The notes: generated by a model from the letters alone, not told the origin. Positions 1 to 12,382 are shown, counted from the stretch's first letter. The stretch: DNA of 60,000 nt from Lama glama (GCA_028534125.1 CM052818.1:23500001-23560000), one strand, 5' to 3'. Program-made: numbers and translations.

Positions 1-171
1 GCAGCAATTCTGAGAACGATTCTCTCTAAATCCTCCCAACTCTTGTTTGATTTATTTGAGGACAAAACCCAACTGTAATGTTAGTAGCTTTTTCCCAGCT
101 GACCCAACAACTGCATTCAGGTTCTCAGAAAAGGATTTTCCAAGTAAAGAGTCCATGAACAAAATCAGGAT
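1..171 (+). pseudogene. Putative pseudo-exon (partial): QQF*ERFSLNPPNSCLIYLRTKPNCNVSSFFPADPTTAFRFSEKDFPSKESMNKIR
   Basis: One stop in 56 codons; donor GAT|GTAAGC at 172; ends phase 2, matching the next exon. Confidence 0.45.
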
Positions 172-647
172 GTAAGCACTGTATGCAAGTATTCACATCT
201 GCATACTCATGGAATCACACAGGGATATAGAGAAGAGATAATTACATGCCATAGCTTTAATGACTTAGAAGCTAAGAAAAAAATATGCTCCTTCCTCAAT
301 ATTAACACAGTCTTTTTGGTGCATATTGAAGAAGATAAATACATTTTCAAAGAGTTTTACCAATTGGACTTTTCTTGACACTAGAGAGAAAACAGAATTA
401 ACATTTCAGAAGGGATTTAGATTAGCCAGGGGTAGGAATTACTTTAAGAATTTTCAGAAACTAGGACTAATTATTGTTTAAGAAAGCAAAATCTCCACTG
501 AATAATTTTAAGAATAGCACTAACTGTAAGTTGTTTCACATCATTTACATAGAAACCTGGGGAATAAATTAAATGATCGTCAGATAGTTTATACTAACAT
601 GAATATGTAATTTCTCCATTGGTACATTGAGTATTTTTCTAAATCAG

Positions 648-771
648 AGCTCTGTTTATGAAAACCATTGCCTTTGTATTACGATAATCATTAACTGGGA
701 TAAAAAATTAGGAACTGTCCTAATGGGACTATGATCATTATTTAAACTTAGTTGCTCTCTATTTAGAGAAG
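648..771 (+). pseudogene. Putative pseudo-exon: ALFMKTIAFVLR*SLTGIKN*ELS*WDYDHYLNLVALYLEK
   Basis: Acceptor tttttctaaatcag, strong donor AAG|GTAAGC, phase 2 to 0; three stops. Confidence 0.45.
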
Positions 772-952
772 GTAAGCATTTGAGAATTATTTCTCACTAC
801 AAACATTATTTCTACAAACAAAATCATTTTAATTGATTACTTTGAAATATAAAGAATGGTGTAAAATAAATAGATCATGGGAATTAAAAAATATATCTAT
901 TCTTTCCGACTGCTGTATAATTAACTTTTGTTTGTTCACGTTCACAAATAAG

Positions 953-1079
953 AATAGTGACAGCCTTGTATCATTTATTGACAATTTGGAATACATTAAA
1001 ATATTTTATTTACATGATCTTACTTATCTTCCTCCTTGATTTGCTTAGAAGAGAATCAAGAACAGCTTGTACTTCCTGG
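953..1079 (+). pseudogene. Putative pseudo-exon: NSDSLVSFIDNLEYIKIFYLHDLTYLPP*...
   Basis: Starts phase 0 in the frame of ORF 833..1039; acceptor and donor (TGG|GTATAT) are weak. Confidence 0.35.
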
Positions 1080-1632
1080 GTATATGAAAACTCTTAGGGA
1101 GAAACAATTCAGAAACATGCTAAACAACAGGGAAGAATTGAAAGTTGAATTCTGGGCATAATCATCAAGCATCTTGTTTAGGAGACTCAATGACAGAATT
1201 TCTGTGCTTTGTTGTGTGTGCCCTGTTAAGATGTTAATATCAGGGCTTTAAAAATTCAAGACATAAATTCGGAGCAGGAATTTTGCATTGGGCAAGTAAC
1301 AACTGGTGATTTAGAATAGAATGTTCAAGAGTTTCCAAGAACTTTTTTTGCCCATCTTTTACCTTTGACTCTGTCTTCTCCTCCTCCTCCTCCTTTTTTT
1401 CTCTCCATTTCTTCTGATTATGCTCACAGGGTATTTTTACCTGCCTTTGTAAACCTGATAATTATTTGAACCTTTCAAGTTTTCAAAGTAGAATCATTCA
1501 GAGTAGGTTGTAGGAAAGGAACAATCTGAACAATTTAAATATTAAATAATTCTCTCATAATTACTTACTTAGACGAAAACACTTCCATTATGTAAATTTC
1601 AGTATACACTTTCCAAAGTTCTTTCTTTTAAG

Positions 1633-1850
1633 GTACTGTTGGTACCTATGCTTGGTAGAAGTTATTACTCGTTCCCTTGTGACATGAGATATTTGCTATT
1701 CCCTCTTTGTTAGGAATCCACAGTATAAGAGACACTGAACAAAAAGTGATGGAGAGACATAGCCCCTGTCTAAGATTGCCCATGGATTTCTCCCAAAGAG
1801 CATCGTGGTACACAACCCACCATACCTCCTCACAGTACACAGCCTAAACT
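1633..1850 (+). pseudogene. Putative pseudo-exon (end uncertain): YCWYLCLVEVITRSLVT*DICYSLFVRNPQY...
   Basis: Strong acceptor ttctttcttttaag; frame ambiguous; no clear donor. Confidence 0.3.
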
Positions 1851-1923
1851 ACGTTCATTTGATGGGCTAGAAAATAGAACAAAGACAGGTCATAATAACA
1901 AGACAAATCACTGCCATTATACT

Positions 1924-2116
1924 CTGTCTACTTGGTTCTAAGACATTAAACTTTTATATTCTAACATATATAAGATTGGGAAGCATCATAAAATTGATGT
2001 ATACATTCACTTTGGTCATTTCTTTTTCTTTTTCTTTTTTCTTTTTTTCTCCTGCAAAGCTATTTTAAAACTGTTTCCTTTATAATCTGCGAAAACTTAA
2101 AATTGAAGAAATATAT
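1924..2116. mobile_element. TcMar-Tc2 (MER104/Kanga-like) MITE remnant
   Basis: ttctaaga...ttaaaattgaagaaata termini resemble the MER104 layout. Confidence 0.4.
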
Positions 2117-2289
2117 CATCTTAAAAATACAAATAAGCCAGCAAGCCTGAAAAAACAAACAAGCAAAAGCAAACAGTCCTCTTAGAAGCTTCATGTCTCT
2201 GTAGGCAAGACTAGAGATTAGTGTCCTGACTACAATACTTCCGCTTAGATAGATGGAGGAATTAGTTGCATAAAAAATTAATTTTTCTG

Positions 2290-2406
2290 AATTTAATCAG
2301 TATTTATTAGATGCCAGCCATATGCCAGACACTATAGTAAGCATCAGTCTTATAAAGATGAATAAGATGAAGTCTGCCCATTCTGAAATAAAACTTACAT
2401 TTTTAG
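2290..2406 (-). mobile_element. L2 3' end fragment
   Basis: tatttattagatgccagccatatgccagacact...gatgaataagatg, typical reverse L2 tail. Confidence 0.55.
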
Positions 2407-2910
2407 TTTAAAAAAAATGCCTCCGTTTTCTAACTATATAAAATTACTATGTATTCAGTGAAAGACACACTTTTAGAAACCTAAAAGAACATAGCAAAAG
2501 CAATTTGATAGGGCAGAATAAAATGTAAACCAAGTATGTGGTACTCTTTAACCTGGAATCAGTCTTGAGTTTAACAGTAATGAATTTATGACTCATTAGG
2601 ACTAAGGTTGTAATTTGAAAAGGAACATGATACTTAGGTGACAGTTTAAAAGGCATTAAATTACTGTGTTCAACCTTGACTGTCACACATCTTTAAAAGG
2701 GCAATGAAAAATATTTGTAACAATGTGACTTGCTCCATTTTCCTATTTGTAACAACTTTTAATTGTTACCATGCTGACAGATTAAACCCTGTTGATTCAA
2801 GATTATTTTAATAACAGACTTTAAAAGGATTTTAAAAGAGGCTGTTCTTATAGACTTTATATTTTTAAAATCTGTTTATTATTGCCCTTTATTTTTTGCT
2901 TTAATATAAG

Positions 2911-3008
2911 GTCTTTTAATAACAAGAAGTTATAAGAAATGGAGGCTCTAACAGTGAAACTTGATAAAGTAAAATCTTGACAGCCAGTTACATTTATTCA
3001 AAGTGTAG
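2911..3008 (+). pseudogene. Putative pseudo-exon: SFNNKKL*EMEALTVKLDKVKS*QPVTFIQSV
   Basis: Pyrimidine tract plus AG at 2909-2910; weak donor; ends phase 1, matching the exon at 4985. Confidence 0.3.
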
Positions 3009-3199
3009 GTTAAGAGTATGAAAAAGTGACATTTTTTACATCTTGAATCTGGGCTAGTAGGAGAACCCAGGCATAGAATGAGGCCGGGGACTTTTGACCA
3101 ATGGTAGCATATGAGGATTCAACCACGAGAGGCAAAAGGCCAAGGAAAGGGTTGGTAATGTGTGTAGAGGGTCCCTTGTGTGGCTGACTCCCTAGAAGG

Positions 3200-3720
3200 A
3201 GCCTCTGTCTACCTCATGCACTTACGCACAAGCCTTTTGGGCTGGACTAAGGTCAAGTCTGCAGAGCTACACATTAGCCTTGAATTTACCGTGCTGTAGA
3301 CTAGGAGACCAGAGTTCGATGGCTTTCCAAAGTATTCTATTAGTCTAGGCTTTGTTATGGGTGCAGAAAGGGCTCGTTCTTTTTTGGCCATTAGAGAAGG
3401 TGCTTGCCTGGGCCAGGGTGGTACTTTCTGTTGACATACATGCCTGAAGAAACAAGTGCCTCAGAGACAGGCATGGTGTGTGGATCTGGAGGTACATTCG
3501 CTCTTTGATGTCAGCAGGATGCAGGTGATGAGGCTGTGCTGTGCTGGTTTCTCGCTACGTTATAGGGAAGGTTCAGGTGTCATATTTTGAAGTAACATTT
3601 TGGAGCCATCATTAGAGCTAGGATGATGATACTTACGTAGGTAGGAAGACGGTAAGACAGAGATGTGCCAGTCCTTGTCTCAAATGCTAATGTGCTGGAG
3701 GATCAGAATTCAATGAGACC
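3200..3720 (-). mobile_element. Possible ancient RTE-X (L4/L5-like) LINE fragment
   Basis: GC-elevated block; the minus strand (ALSAPITKPRL..., ctcctagtctacag) loosely resembles the L4 3' ORF region. Confidence 0.3.
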
Positions 3721-4078
3721 TTCTATTTCAAACACCTTGCAAAACACAAAAGGTTTTGATAAGGATCAGGTTAAATTCTTTCCTACTCTCCCCTTTTGGA
3801 ATTTTCTTTTCATCGCTTCTTGTCCATACTAAATGCAGATTTTCAATCTGGCGAAACAGTTATCTCTAGATCTATATCTATTTCAATCTCTAGCTACATC
3901 TTTATCCCTACATACATTTATGTGTCCTAGATTTTTTTTTTTTTGGTAAAACAAAGAAGACCTATGTTTAGGGAATATGATTAGATGTTACATTTGGACA
4001 ATGGGGCTGAAAATATACTACTATGCTATTTAGGTAGGGGTGGTGCTCTATTGGAAGTATCACAAAAGTGTTTTGGGG

Positions 4079-4564
4079 TGTCAGCTGAAATAAATGCACA
4101 ACCTAGAAGCTGAAAGTTATGTTTTATTCGGTGGACAATTCTGAGGACTCAGCCTGGGATGACAGCCTCTCAGATCGCTGTGAGGGGCTGCTCCGAAGAG
4201 GTAGGGGAGGAGCTAGGATGTATAGGAGCTTTACAACAAAGACCAGGTAGTTGGAACAATAAAACGTTACTTGTTATCTAAAGAAAACAAGGCATCTCAA
4301 GTAAAAGAATTTAGTGCTTTTCTGTGTATGGGAGGAAGCAAACATTTGGGCTTACTGAATTCATTCCTTTGACAAGCAACTAGCTATCTAGGGCCAGTAT
4401 CCTGTCCTTTCTTATTCTGAGTCCCCTCAGAGGGCACCATTGTGAGTGGCTGCAGAGGCCGGGTGCAGGCTTGTCTGCACTGGGGGGTGGCGGCAGCCGC
4501 TGAGGACTTGATGGTTCCAGCATTCTCTGTTTACTGATACGGCTTGCAATATTTTTCATTCACA
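4079..4564 (-). mobile_element. ERV1-class solo LTR, full length
   Basis: Minus strand TGTGAATGAAAAAT...AATAAAA...TTTCAGCTGACA with TG/CA termini; second copy at 5783; no TSD seen. Confidence 0.85.
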
Positions 4565-4671
4565 ATACAATTTCATACATATACAAAGAGAGGAATAGTA
4601 CAAAAGTATTAATACACAGGATCAGGATTAAAGCCAGCAACCTGTTATGACTGATATTTTTACCTTGTATT

Positions 4672-4775
4672 TTTTAAAATTTTGTGGTAAAATATATATA
4701 TCATAATAGGCACCATTTGAAACATTGTAAGGGTGCAGTTCAGTGTGAATACATTGTTTGGTGTTGTTACATTTG
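4672..4775 (-). mobile_element. Old L1 (L1M) 3' end fragment
   Basis: tttgtggtaaaatatata...caccatttgaaacattgtaagggtgcagttcagtg. Confidence 0.5.
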
Positions 4776-4984
4776 AAAAATTAAAACTTTGTAATTGATT
4801 TCTTCAAAAAACTACATTTTGTGTTTCCATGTACTGGAAGAAGGAAAAGATGGAACCAGATTTTTAAAAAAAAATGGGTGGGAGATTGTGGAATAAACAA
4901 AGATGATTAAATATTTAGATGAAGTTTTTTGTTTTGTTTTTACTGACACTGTAATTTTAATTTTTTTCTATTGGTTTCCTAAAG

Positions 4985-5108
4985 TCATAAAACACTATCT
5001 TAAAGTCAAATGAAGTGAAAAGCAGTTACATTTTGTCGGTCTGAAATACTTGTTGAAATTGATATCTCTCACTTTTATGACTAAGCGCTTGGTTAGAAAA
5101 GTGTTGCA
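4985..5108 (+). pseudogene. Putative pseudo-exon: IKHYLKVK*SEKQLHFVGLKYLLKLISLTFMTKRLVRKVL
   Basis: Strong acceptor tttttttctattggtttcctaaag, donor CA|GTAACA, one stop in 40 codons, phase 1 to 2. Confidence 0.45.
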
Positions 5109-5169
5109 GTAACACATCAGAAATATGTTATATTTAAAAAAGAGTTCATTGTGGTATCAAAACTTACGG

Positions 5170-5270
5170 TAGAATTTTGGGCTTTAGACTTGGAAGATAC
5201 ATTGGTGATCACCGAGTCTGAGTCCCTGATTTTATAACCAAGGAAAATGAGGTCCATAATGATTTGTCTA
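5170..5270 (-). mobile_element. MIR fragment
   Basis: ccctgattttataaccaaggaaaatgaggtcc, MIR core. Confidence 0.5.
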
Positions 5271-5782
5271 TCTACCCATCTGTTCACCTAGAACACGCTG
5301 TTTCAGAAAGCATTTTAAAGTGGTTTACAAGAATACGTAAAAGAAAGAAAGATAACAACTTGGGAGCAGGTGAAAAAGGCAAGTGGAAAAAAGAGCAGGA
5401 TCATAAAAAGAGTAGTCAGAACTGAAACTAACTCAGAAATGCTCACTATTAAATCCTAGACATTTGGTGGACATAAGCCTCAGAAAGGCTCTCGGTGTTC
5501 TACTGGTCAATGTACAGAAGGAAATCTAATTAGCCAGGCAATTTATTTACTCCAAAGATAAAAACCATCTAATTGTTCAGAAGATGGACCACTATTTACA
5601 ACACAAGAAAGAAATGGCTCCTCTGAGTCTTATGAAGAGGATACATTTTCTAAATCAGTAACATCTTCAGAGACTTCATTGCAGGAGACGGAGCAGCCAG
5701 TTCCTAGGACTGACTCTCATGTAAGCTGATTGGGGCTCAGCAGTTCAGTAAGTTCTCCTTGAAGGATATGACGCCTTCCCCT

Positions 5783-6217
5783 TGTGAAGGAAAAATACTG
5801 CAACCATATCAGTAAACAAAGAATGCTGAAGCCATCAAGTCATCGGCAGCTGCCGCCACCCCCCAGTGCTGACAAGTCTGCAGCCCAGCCTCTGCAGCCA
5901 CTCACAGTGGTGCATCCTGAGGGGACTCAGAATAAGAAAGGACAGAACCCTGGCCCTAGATAGCTAGGTGCTTGTCAAAGGAATGAATTCAATGAGCCCA
6001 AATGTTTGCTCTCTCTCATGCAAAGAAAAGCACTGAAGTCTTTAACTTGAGATGCCTGGTTTTCTTTAGATAACAAGTAACCTTTTAATGTTCCAACTAC
6101 CTGGCCTTTGTTGTAAAGCTCCTATACATCCTAGCTCCTCCCCTACCTCTTCGGAGCAGTCCCTTGGAGCAGTCCCTCAGAGCGGTCTGAGAGGCTGTCA
6201 TCCCGGCTCGAGTCCTC
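5783..6217 (+). mobile_element. ERV1-class LTR, 3'-truncated, same family as 4079-4564
   Basis: Aligns by eye to the reverse complement of 4143-4564; lacks the polyA signal and U5; small internal duplication ggagcagtccct. Confidence 0.85.
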
Positions 6218-6386
6218 CTGCATCCTTCAGTCCTGGGAAGGACACTGGTGTGTTGAGTCCCATGCAGGGCAGCTGGAGCTTCTTTCTCATTCCATCAAGG
6301 ACTCAACCTGTGCTTTTCCAGGTGATTGAGAAGAGAGCTATGTCTTGGCATCACAAGACTTCCTGGAATTCAGCTTTTCTCTAAAT

Positions 6387-6544
6387 CAGTGTTTTGCACT
6401 TTTGGGCATGTGACTCTTCTGAGCTGCTTGTTAATCATGCAGATTTTTCTACCTCATAATTACTGATTCAGATTCAGCAAATCTAGGTGGGGCCAAGAAA
6501 TCTGCATGTGATGCTGGTGAGGAGCCACACTTTGAGAAATATTG
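6387..6544. mobile_element. MER5-family hAT-Charlie MITE
   Basis: cagtg...atgcagatt...ggtggggcc...ccacactttgagaaatattg. Confidence 0.6.
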
Positions 6545-7242
6545 GGCCATCTTTTCTTGGAAAGGGGATTGGTCACTTGGTCCTTTACGTGTGGTACATC
6601 TGTGCATCAGTCTAAGTCTTTATGGAACTTTCTCCTTGTTTTCTGCCTTCCCACCTTCCTCCCTCTCCTTTAGTTCCACACAGTTTACATAATTGCTGGT
6701 TTCAGAGGCTCTGGTTAGAACTGAGATTTCCTGACTTACCCAGGCAAGTACACAATGTTAGCAACTTTCTTAAGGTTTCTTTGCAGTGCTATTGAGAACA
6801 TGGGGAAGGGAAAGGTAAGGGATTTACTCTGGTACAAGGAGAAATCTGTTTTTGATTGCAGAAGGGAGATATGACGGGGAGAGTGTGTTGAGTAGTGTTG
6901 GTGGTGACACGGGCTCTTGTGGGGAGGAGCGTTTTATCCCTGATAATGTTTGGGATTGATGACACATGTGATTAAAAGAAAGCAAACCAATTTTAGTTGG
7001 GCTTGTGATTGTTTTTAAATTCCTTACAGATAACTCGCTTATTGCCTGCATCCAAGGCGGACAGCTTTCTTTCCTCTTCCATTGATGCATCACACTTGAG
7101 GCATTATTAGAGGGTATCTGTGTTGGGGAGTAGGACGCAGGAGGAGAGAAAATAGAGCAGGAAGAGAATCTGATTTACTGAATTTTCATTAGCTACGTGG
7201 TCATTCTTGCACAGTAAAATCTGTGAAGTACTGCTCTAGGAG

Positions 7243-7386
7243 AGCCCTTCTCAAAATTTTGTAAGCATTAGAATCACTTGCAGGATGGAATGCCCATTAC
7301 AGTACAGTAGATCTGAGGTGGAACCCATGAATTTGCACCAGCTAGCTCTAGGCAATACTTACAGTGACCGTACAGACTTTGAAGTG
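7243..7386. mobile_element. MER5-family MITE remnant
   Basis: ttctcaaa...cattagaatcac...cagtagatctgaggtgg. Confidence 0.5.
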
Positions 7387-7403
7387 TGAAGGTCAAAAAA
7401 AGT

Positions 7404-7590
7404 GCTTTTCCTTTTTCTTTGTTTTTAATAGAACTAACTTTTCTTTCTTCCTTTTCTTCCTTCTTTCCTTTCTTTCTTTTTCTTCCTTCCCTCCTTTCCT
7501 TCCCTCCTTTCCTTCCTTCCTTTCTTTCTTTCTTTTTCTTTCTTTCTTTTCTTTCTTTCTTTTCTTTCTTTATCGTTTTCCTTTGCTTTC
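7404..7590. repeat. Polypyrimidine (CTTT/CCTT)n low-complexity tract
   Basis: Directly visible; explains the Phe/Ser/Leu-rich ORFs at 7364 and 7386. Confidence 0.95.
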
Positions 7591-7637
7591 AGTGAAATTT
7601 TATTTTCCCATCATATAACCATTTTTTAAAATTCTTG

Positions 7638-7910
7638 TTTTTTTATTGAAGTGCAGGCAACTTGCAATGTTAGTTTCTGATGTACAGAAAAGTGATTCAG
7701 TGTTATGTATATATTTCAGTTATATACATATTTGCAGTTTCTTTTCCATCATGGCTCATTATGAGAAATTGATGTAGTTCCCTGTGCTATACAGTAGGTC
7801 CTATTGTTCATCCATTTTATATATAGTAGTGTGTATCTATTAATCTGTCCCTCCCCTCTCCTTCCCTACTCTGGTAACCACAGTTTGTTTTCTATGTCCA
7901 TGAGCCTATT
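7638..7910 (-). mobile_element. Cetartiodactyl-type L1 3' end
   Basis: ttttttattgaagt...gtgattcag...tagttccctgtgctatacagtagg...ctggtaaccac. Confidence 0.8.
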
Positions 7911-8998
7911 AATAGAATTTATATTTTAAAGCAGCTTTAACAGCAAAATTGAGCAGAAAGTACACAGATTTCTCTTATGCCCCCCCCAACACATGCATGG
8001 CTTCCCATTGTTAACATGCCCACTAGAGCGGTGCATTTGTTAAAACTGCTGACCATCCACTGACACATCATCTTCACCCAAGGTTCCCAGTTTGCATTAG
8101 GGTTCATGCTCAGTGTTGTACGGCCTATGCATTTTGACAAATATATAGTTATGTGCCCACCATTGTAATTTCATACAGAAAAGTTTCACTGCCTAAAAGT
8201 GCATTGTGCTCCACCTATTCATCTGTACCTCCCCCTTAATCCTTGGCAACCAACTAATCCTTTTACTATTTCTTTAGTTTTGCATTTTCCAGCGTCATAT
8301 AGTTGGAATCATACAGTATGTAGCCTTTCAGATTGGCTTCTTTTGCTTAGTAATATGTATTTAAATTTCCTCCATGTCTTTTCATGGCTTGATAGCACAT
8401 TTCTTTTTAGTGCTGAGTAATATTCCATTGTCGAGATGCACCACAATTGATTTACCCGTTTACATCCTGAAGGACATCTTGGTGGTTTCCAAGTTTTGGC
8501 AATTATGAATAAAGCCGCTATAGATATTCAAGTGCAGGCTTTATGTGGACATAAGCTTTCAACTCATTTGGGTAAATACCAAGGAGTGTGATTGATGGAT
8601 CGTATGGTGAGACTATGTTTAACTTTGTAAGAAACTGCTGAGCTATCTTCCAAGTGGTTGCAGTATTTTGTGTTTCCACCAGCAATGAATGAGAACTCCT
8701 GTTGTCTCCTATCCCCAGTAGCATTCGGTATTGTCAGTGTTTCACATTTTTTGCCAATCTAATATTGTGTGGCAGTATCTCACTGTTGCTTTCATTTGCA
8801 TTTCCCTAAATGACATGTGATGTGGAGCAGCTTTTCACTTGCTTATTTACCATCTGTATATCTTCTTTGGTGAGGTGTCTGCTCAAACCTTTTGCCCAAT
8901 TTTTAATTGCCTGGTTCAATTTCTTATAGTTGAGTTATGAGTTCTTTGTGTATTTTGGTTAAGTGTCCCGTATGTTTTTTGCAAATATTTTCTTCTCA
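7911..8998 (-). mobile_element. L1MC-like 3' region
   Basis: cagcaaaattgagcagaaagtaca...gtagtatgtagccttttcagattggc-type L1MC 3'UTR and ORF2 end. Confidence 0.85.
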
Positions 8999-9034
8999 TC
9001 TTCTCTTGACAAACACTCCTTCTTAAATGGGCCC

Positions 9035-9362
9035 CTTAGAATCATCCAGAGAGTTTTAAAAGATACTGAGTTCCTGAGACTCATCCCCACAGATTATGCT
9101 ATAATTAGGCAGCATAGGGCTGGGGAATCAGAATTCAAAAAAAAAAGATCCTTAGGGATTCTCACATAGCTCAAGTTTGAGAAGCACTGCCCTAGATTAC
9201 TGTTCCTCAAGCTTGGGTGTACAATGTACCTGGCAAGTTTTTTGTTTTTGTTTTTTTTTTCAAATACTGATGCCTGAGTCTCATGTCCAGAGATTCTGAT
9301 TTGATTGGCATGTGGTTCATTCTGGGCATTCAAGATTTTTAAAGGTCCCTGGATGATTTTAC
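9035..9362. mobile_element. Two adjacent MER5B-like MITEs
   Basis: tagaatca...tttgagaagcactg followed by ...aatactgatgcctg...ccagagattctgatttgattgg. Confidence 0.7.
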
Positions 9363-10169
9363 TGTTTGAATTAACTCTTCTTACTGTTTGAATTAATCCT
9401 AGAAATAACTCTTCAGTAATGCCAGAGCTACCCCTAACACAAGCAGTGTCTCTTGAGAATTGGAAAAAAATTCCCCAGAATGTGGAGAAATTAGTAATAA
9501 GGTGTCCGTTTTTCAGTGTGTGCCATGGCGTATGGTTGGAAAGCAGAGTGTGGGCTCTTTGGCCACATGGTGCTGAGCTTTATGTTTGCACAGTCACACA
9601 ATCACCAAATTCCTCATCACTGGGCTGGAGAAGACAAGTTAGTGTCACCTCTTGGTGATGGTACAAGAATAGTTACCATGTGGGAATAAATTATCTGTCC
9701 CATACTCCACATGACAAGAACAGAGAACCCTTATACATTGCCACTTAGTTTCTTCCTTTCCAGCTTTGAGGAGACCTGAAAGACGTAAGCATCCACTTGG
9801 AGGACTGTGTACAAGAGAGGTTGTGCTGGGTTGAGAGGACCAGGGGGATGTGATGGAGGGGACAAGATGACAAAGACCTGGCAGTCCTCAGGCAGAAAAT
9901 ATTTGCAGGGAAGAGAATGTGAGGCTCCCATGGATGGCAAGGTGCCAGAAGATATGAGATGATGGGTAATTGTGGTAAATGTTTTCAAAAGGTGAAAATA
10001 AAGGTTGAAATTAGCTTTGGGAACTTCTTTGTTAAATGCTGCATCATTTATGACCTAGGCCACATGCGTAATGGATTTATTAGCATCACAGTGTTAAGAG
10101 AAGATGAAACAAAATGGAGGAAGAGATCCTGAAACTCCAGTCCTTCTCAGGGAGCTGCCACTTGATGAA

Positions 10170-10325
10170 GGAATTGGATATCATCAGCTCATTATATTTA
10201 TAAAGGAAACTGAACCCAGAGATCTTAAGTGACACATCAGTGTTACAGAGCCAAAGGCACAGTTTAATTCAGTGGGTTTTTTTTCCTGACTCCGAAGCCC
10301 AACCTCTTTTACTCTATCCTGTGCT
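10170..10325 (-). mobile_element. MIR fragment
   Basis: aaggaaactgaacccagaga...aagtgac...cctgactcc. Confidence 0.6.
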
Positions 10326-10336
10326 TGTTTCCTATT

Positions 10337-10580
10337 TAATAACTCTTACTATTTATTGAGTGATTGCTACAAGGCACAATGCAGTGCATGTTAAACACAC
10401 TATCTCATTTAATCTTCAGCATCTCTGAGAGTTATGTAATGTTCTCCTCATTTTACAGATGAGAAAACTGAGGATCAGAGAGTTTAAGCCCCTGAACCAA
10501 AGTCATGTAGCTATTAAGTCATGGAACAGGGTTTCTATGTATGTCTAGCTCGTTCCCAGGCAAGTACCCTTTCCACTATG
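10337..10580 (-). mobile_element. MIR (near full length)
   Basis: atttattgagtg...tctcatttaatc...cattttacagatgagaaaactgagg. Confidence 0.85.
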
Positions 10581-12042
10581 GGATATCGATTCTTGTAAAA
10601 AATAAGTGAACAATTCCTTAGCCATTCTGACCTACTTTGTCTGTTTCATTCACTGGATGTAGTCTCTGGGCCACTGAAGGGACTGAACTCCGACTTTCAA
10701 CCACAGTTACCATCCTGTGCTTCTTGTTTTGCTCAGGTGTCAGGCACACTGGCTGATAAACAAGACTTGCTTAGTTCTTGAGGGCCCCAGCTCACGCTCA
10801 CACCTTAGAGGAAATGATGCTTCTTGGTTGGTACAGACTTTTCCCTACTTATCTTCTCTGTTCATAGAGAAATTGGGGGGTGGGGTGCGGGGGGCGGAAA
10901 ACACTGAGTAATAAAGTGGCCAGGGGTCAAACCTCAAAATAGGCATCTAGTAGGAGTAAGGAGATTCAAAGAAGTTTGAGACAAGGTTGTGACTTTCAAG
11001 GAGCCTACAGTTTATTTAGGTGACTAGAGCTTTTGATCCAGACTAAGGCCCCCAACAATTAGCTATGCCAGAATACCATTTTTCTATCTTTTAACTTTTG
11101 CACATACCTAGTAGGCAATTTAAAAATACCAAAAAAAAAGTAATTTTGAAATGCAGCACCAGTTTATAAAACATAAAAGCAAAGCTGTTTTGAATGAAAC
11201 AGTGGGCTGTGCCTGGAGCCCTACCTGTCCTCCAGTCTCTCCTTTTTCTCGTCTGTTGGATTCCGAGGTATCTCATCAGCACCCTCTTCTAGGGAACACC
11301 CTATAAATCACTTCTGGCTGCTTGAAAAGATCCTGGATTCCTATTCAAAAGACCAGGATTTTATTCCTAACTCACTAATAACTTTGGGAAACTCTTTAGT
11401 TAAATCATTAGGAGACTTGGTTAGTGCAATTGAACAGTTTTCTGTATTTCAGGTCGTCTTCTGTGGGCACTGAGACTTTCACAGAGGGATCATGACTTGG
11501 GAAGTGCCCCAGGGTCCTTTACCACGTCAGCATCATTCTCTTTGATTCCGAACACTCAAGAAGGCAGCGTGGAAGAGTTCACATTTCTAGGCCCTGAGTG
11601 GACGTCGTTCATTCTTTTATGTTCCAGTGATGATGGGGAAGGGGCTGTGAATGCATTCTCTTAACTTTCTCTTGCTGCTATTAAAGCTTTTTTTTTTTCC
11701 CACTCAGAAACAAAATCTTCTCCAGTATTTATCCAACATTAATGTTAACCTCCTCTCCCCCCACGCCCCCTTTCTTGCTAGGGGCATCCTAGCAACTAGT
11801 ATCATCTGCTTACTGCATCACCTCCCTTAAGGACCTGGCATTTGACTCATTGTTTTCCTCTTAGTCTTGCCGACACTGGGAGTTACTTGAGTGTCCATGT
11901 GGTCAGTCTGTCCAGTACCTAGCCTCTTAGTTGTTTGATGTCTTCAACTGCAGTGTAACCCGCAGCCTATTTCATCTTCCTTTTTTAGTGATTATCACAT
12001 TGGAAGCTTTAAGCTCTGTTATTCTCTGATTAAAATATGACT

Positions 12043-12382
12043 GTTTGGGCATATACCTGGAGAAAACTCTAATTTGAAAAGATACATGTACCCCAATATA
12101 CATGGCAGCACTATTTACAATAGCCAAGACATGGAAGCAACCTAAATACCCATTGACAGATGAATGGATAAAGGAGATGTGGTATATATACACAATGGAA
12201 TATTAACTAACTAGATAACTAACAACGACCTACTGCATAGCACAGGGAACTATATTCAATATCTTATAATAACCTATAATGAAAAAGAATCTGAAAAAGA
12301 ATAGATTTATATATACATAATTGAGTCACTTTGCTGTATACCTGAAACATTGTAAATTAACTATACTTCAAAAAAATGAACA
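12043..12382 (+). mobile_element. 5'-truncated, internally deleted L1 with 11-bp TSD
   Basis: ORF2 C-terminal sequence joined to the terminal 3'UTR and A-tail; TSD AAAATATGACT at 12032-12042 and 12383-12393. Confidence 0.9.

Noticed and set aside
7364..7618. Hydrophobic Phe/Ser/Leu-rich ORFs
   Set aside because: Translation of a CTTT/CCTT microsatellite
9359..9396. 16-bp direct repeat ttactgtttgaattaa
   Set aside because: Two copies only; an ordinary local duplication, not an array
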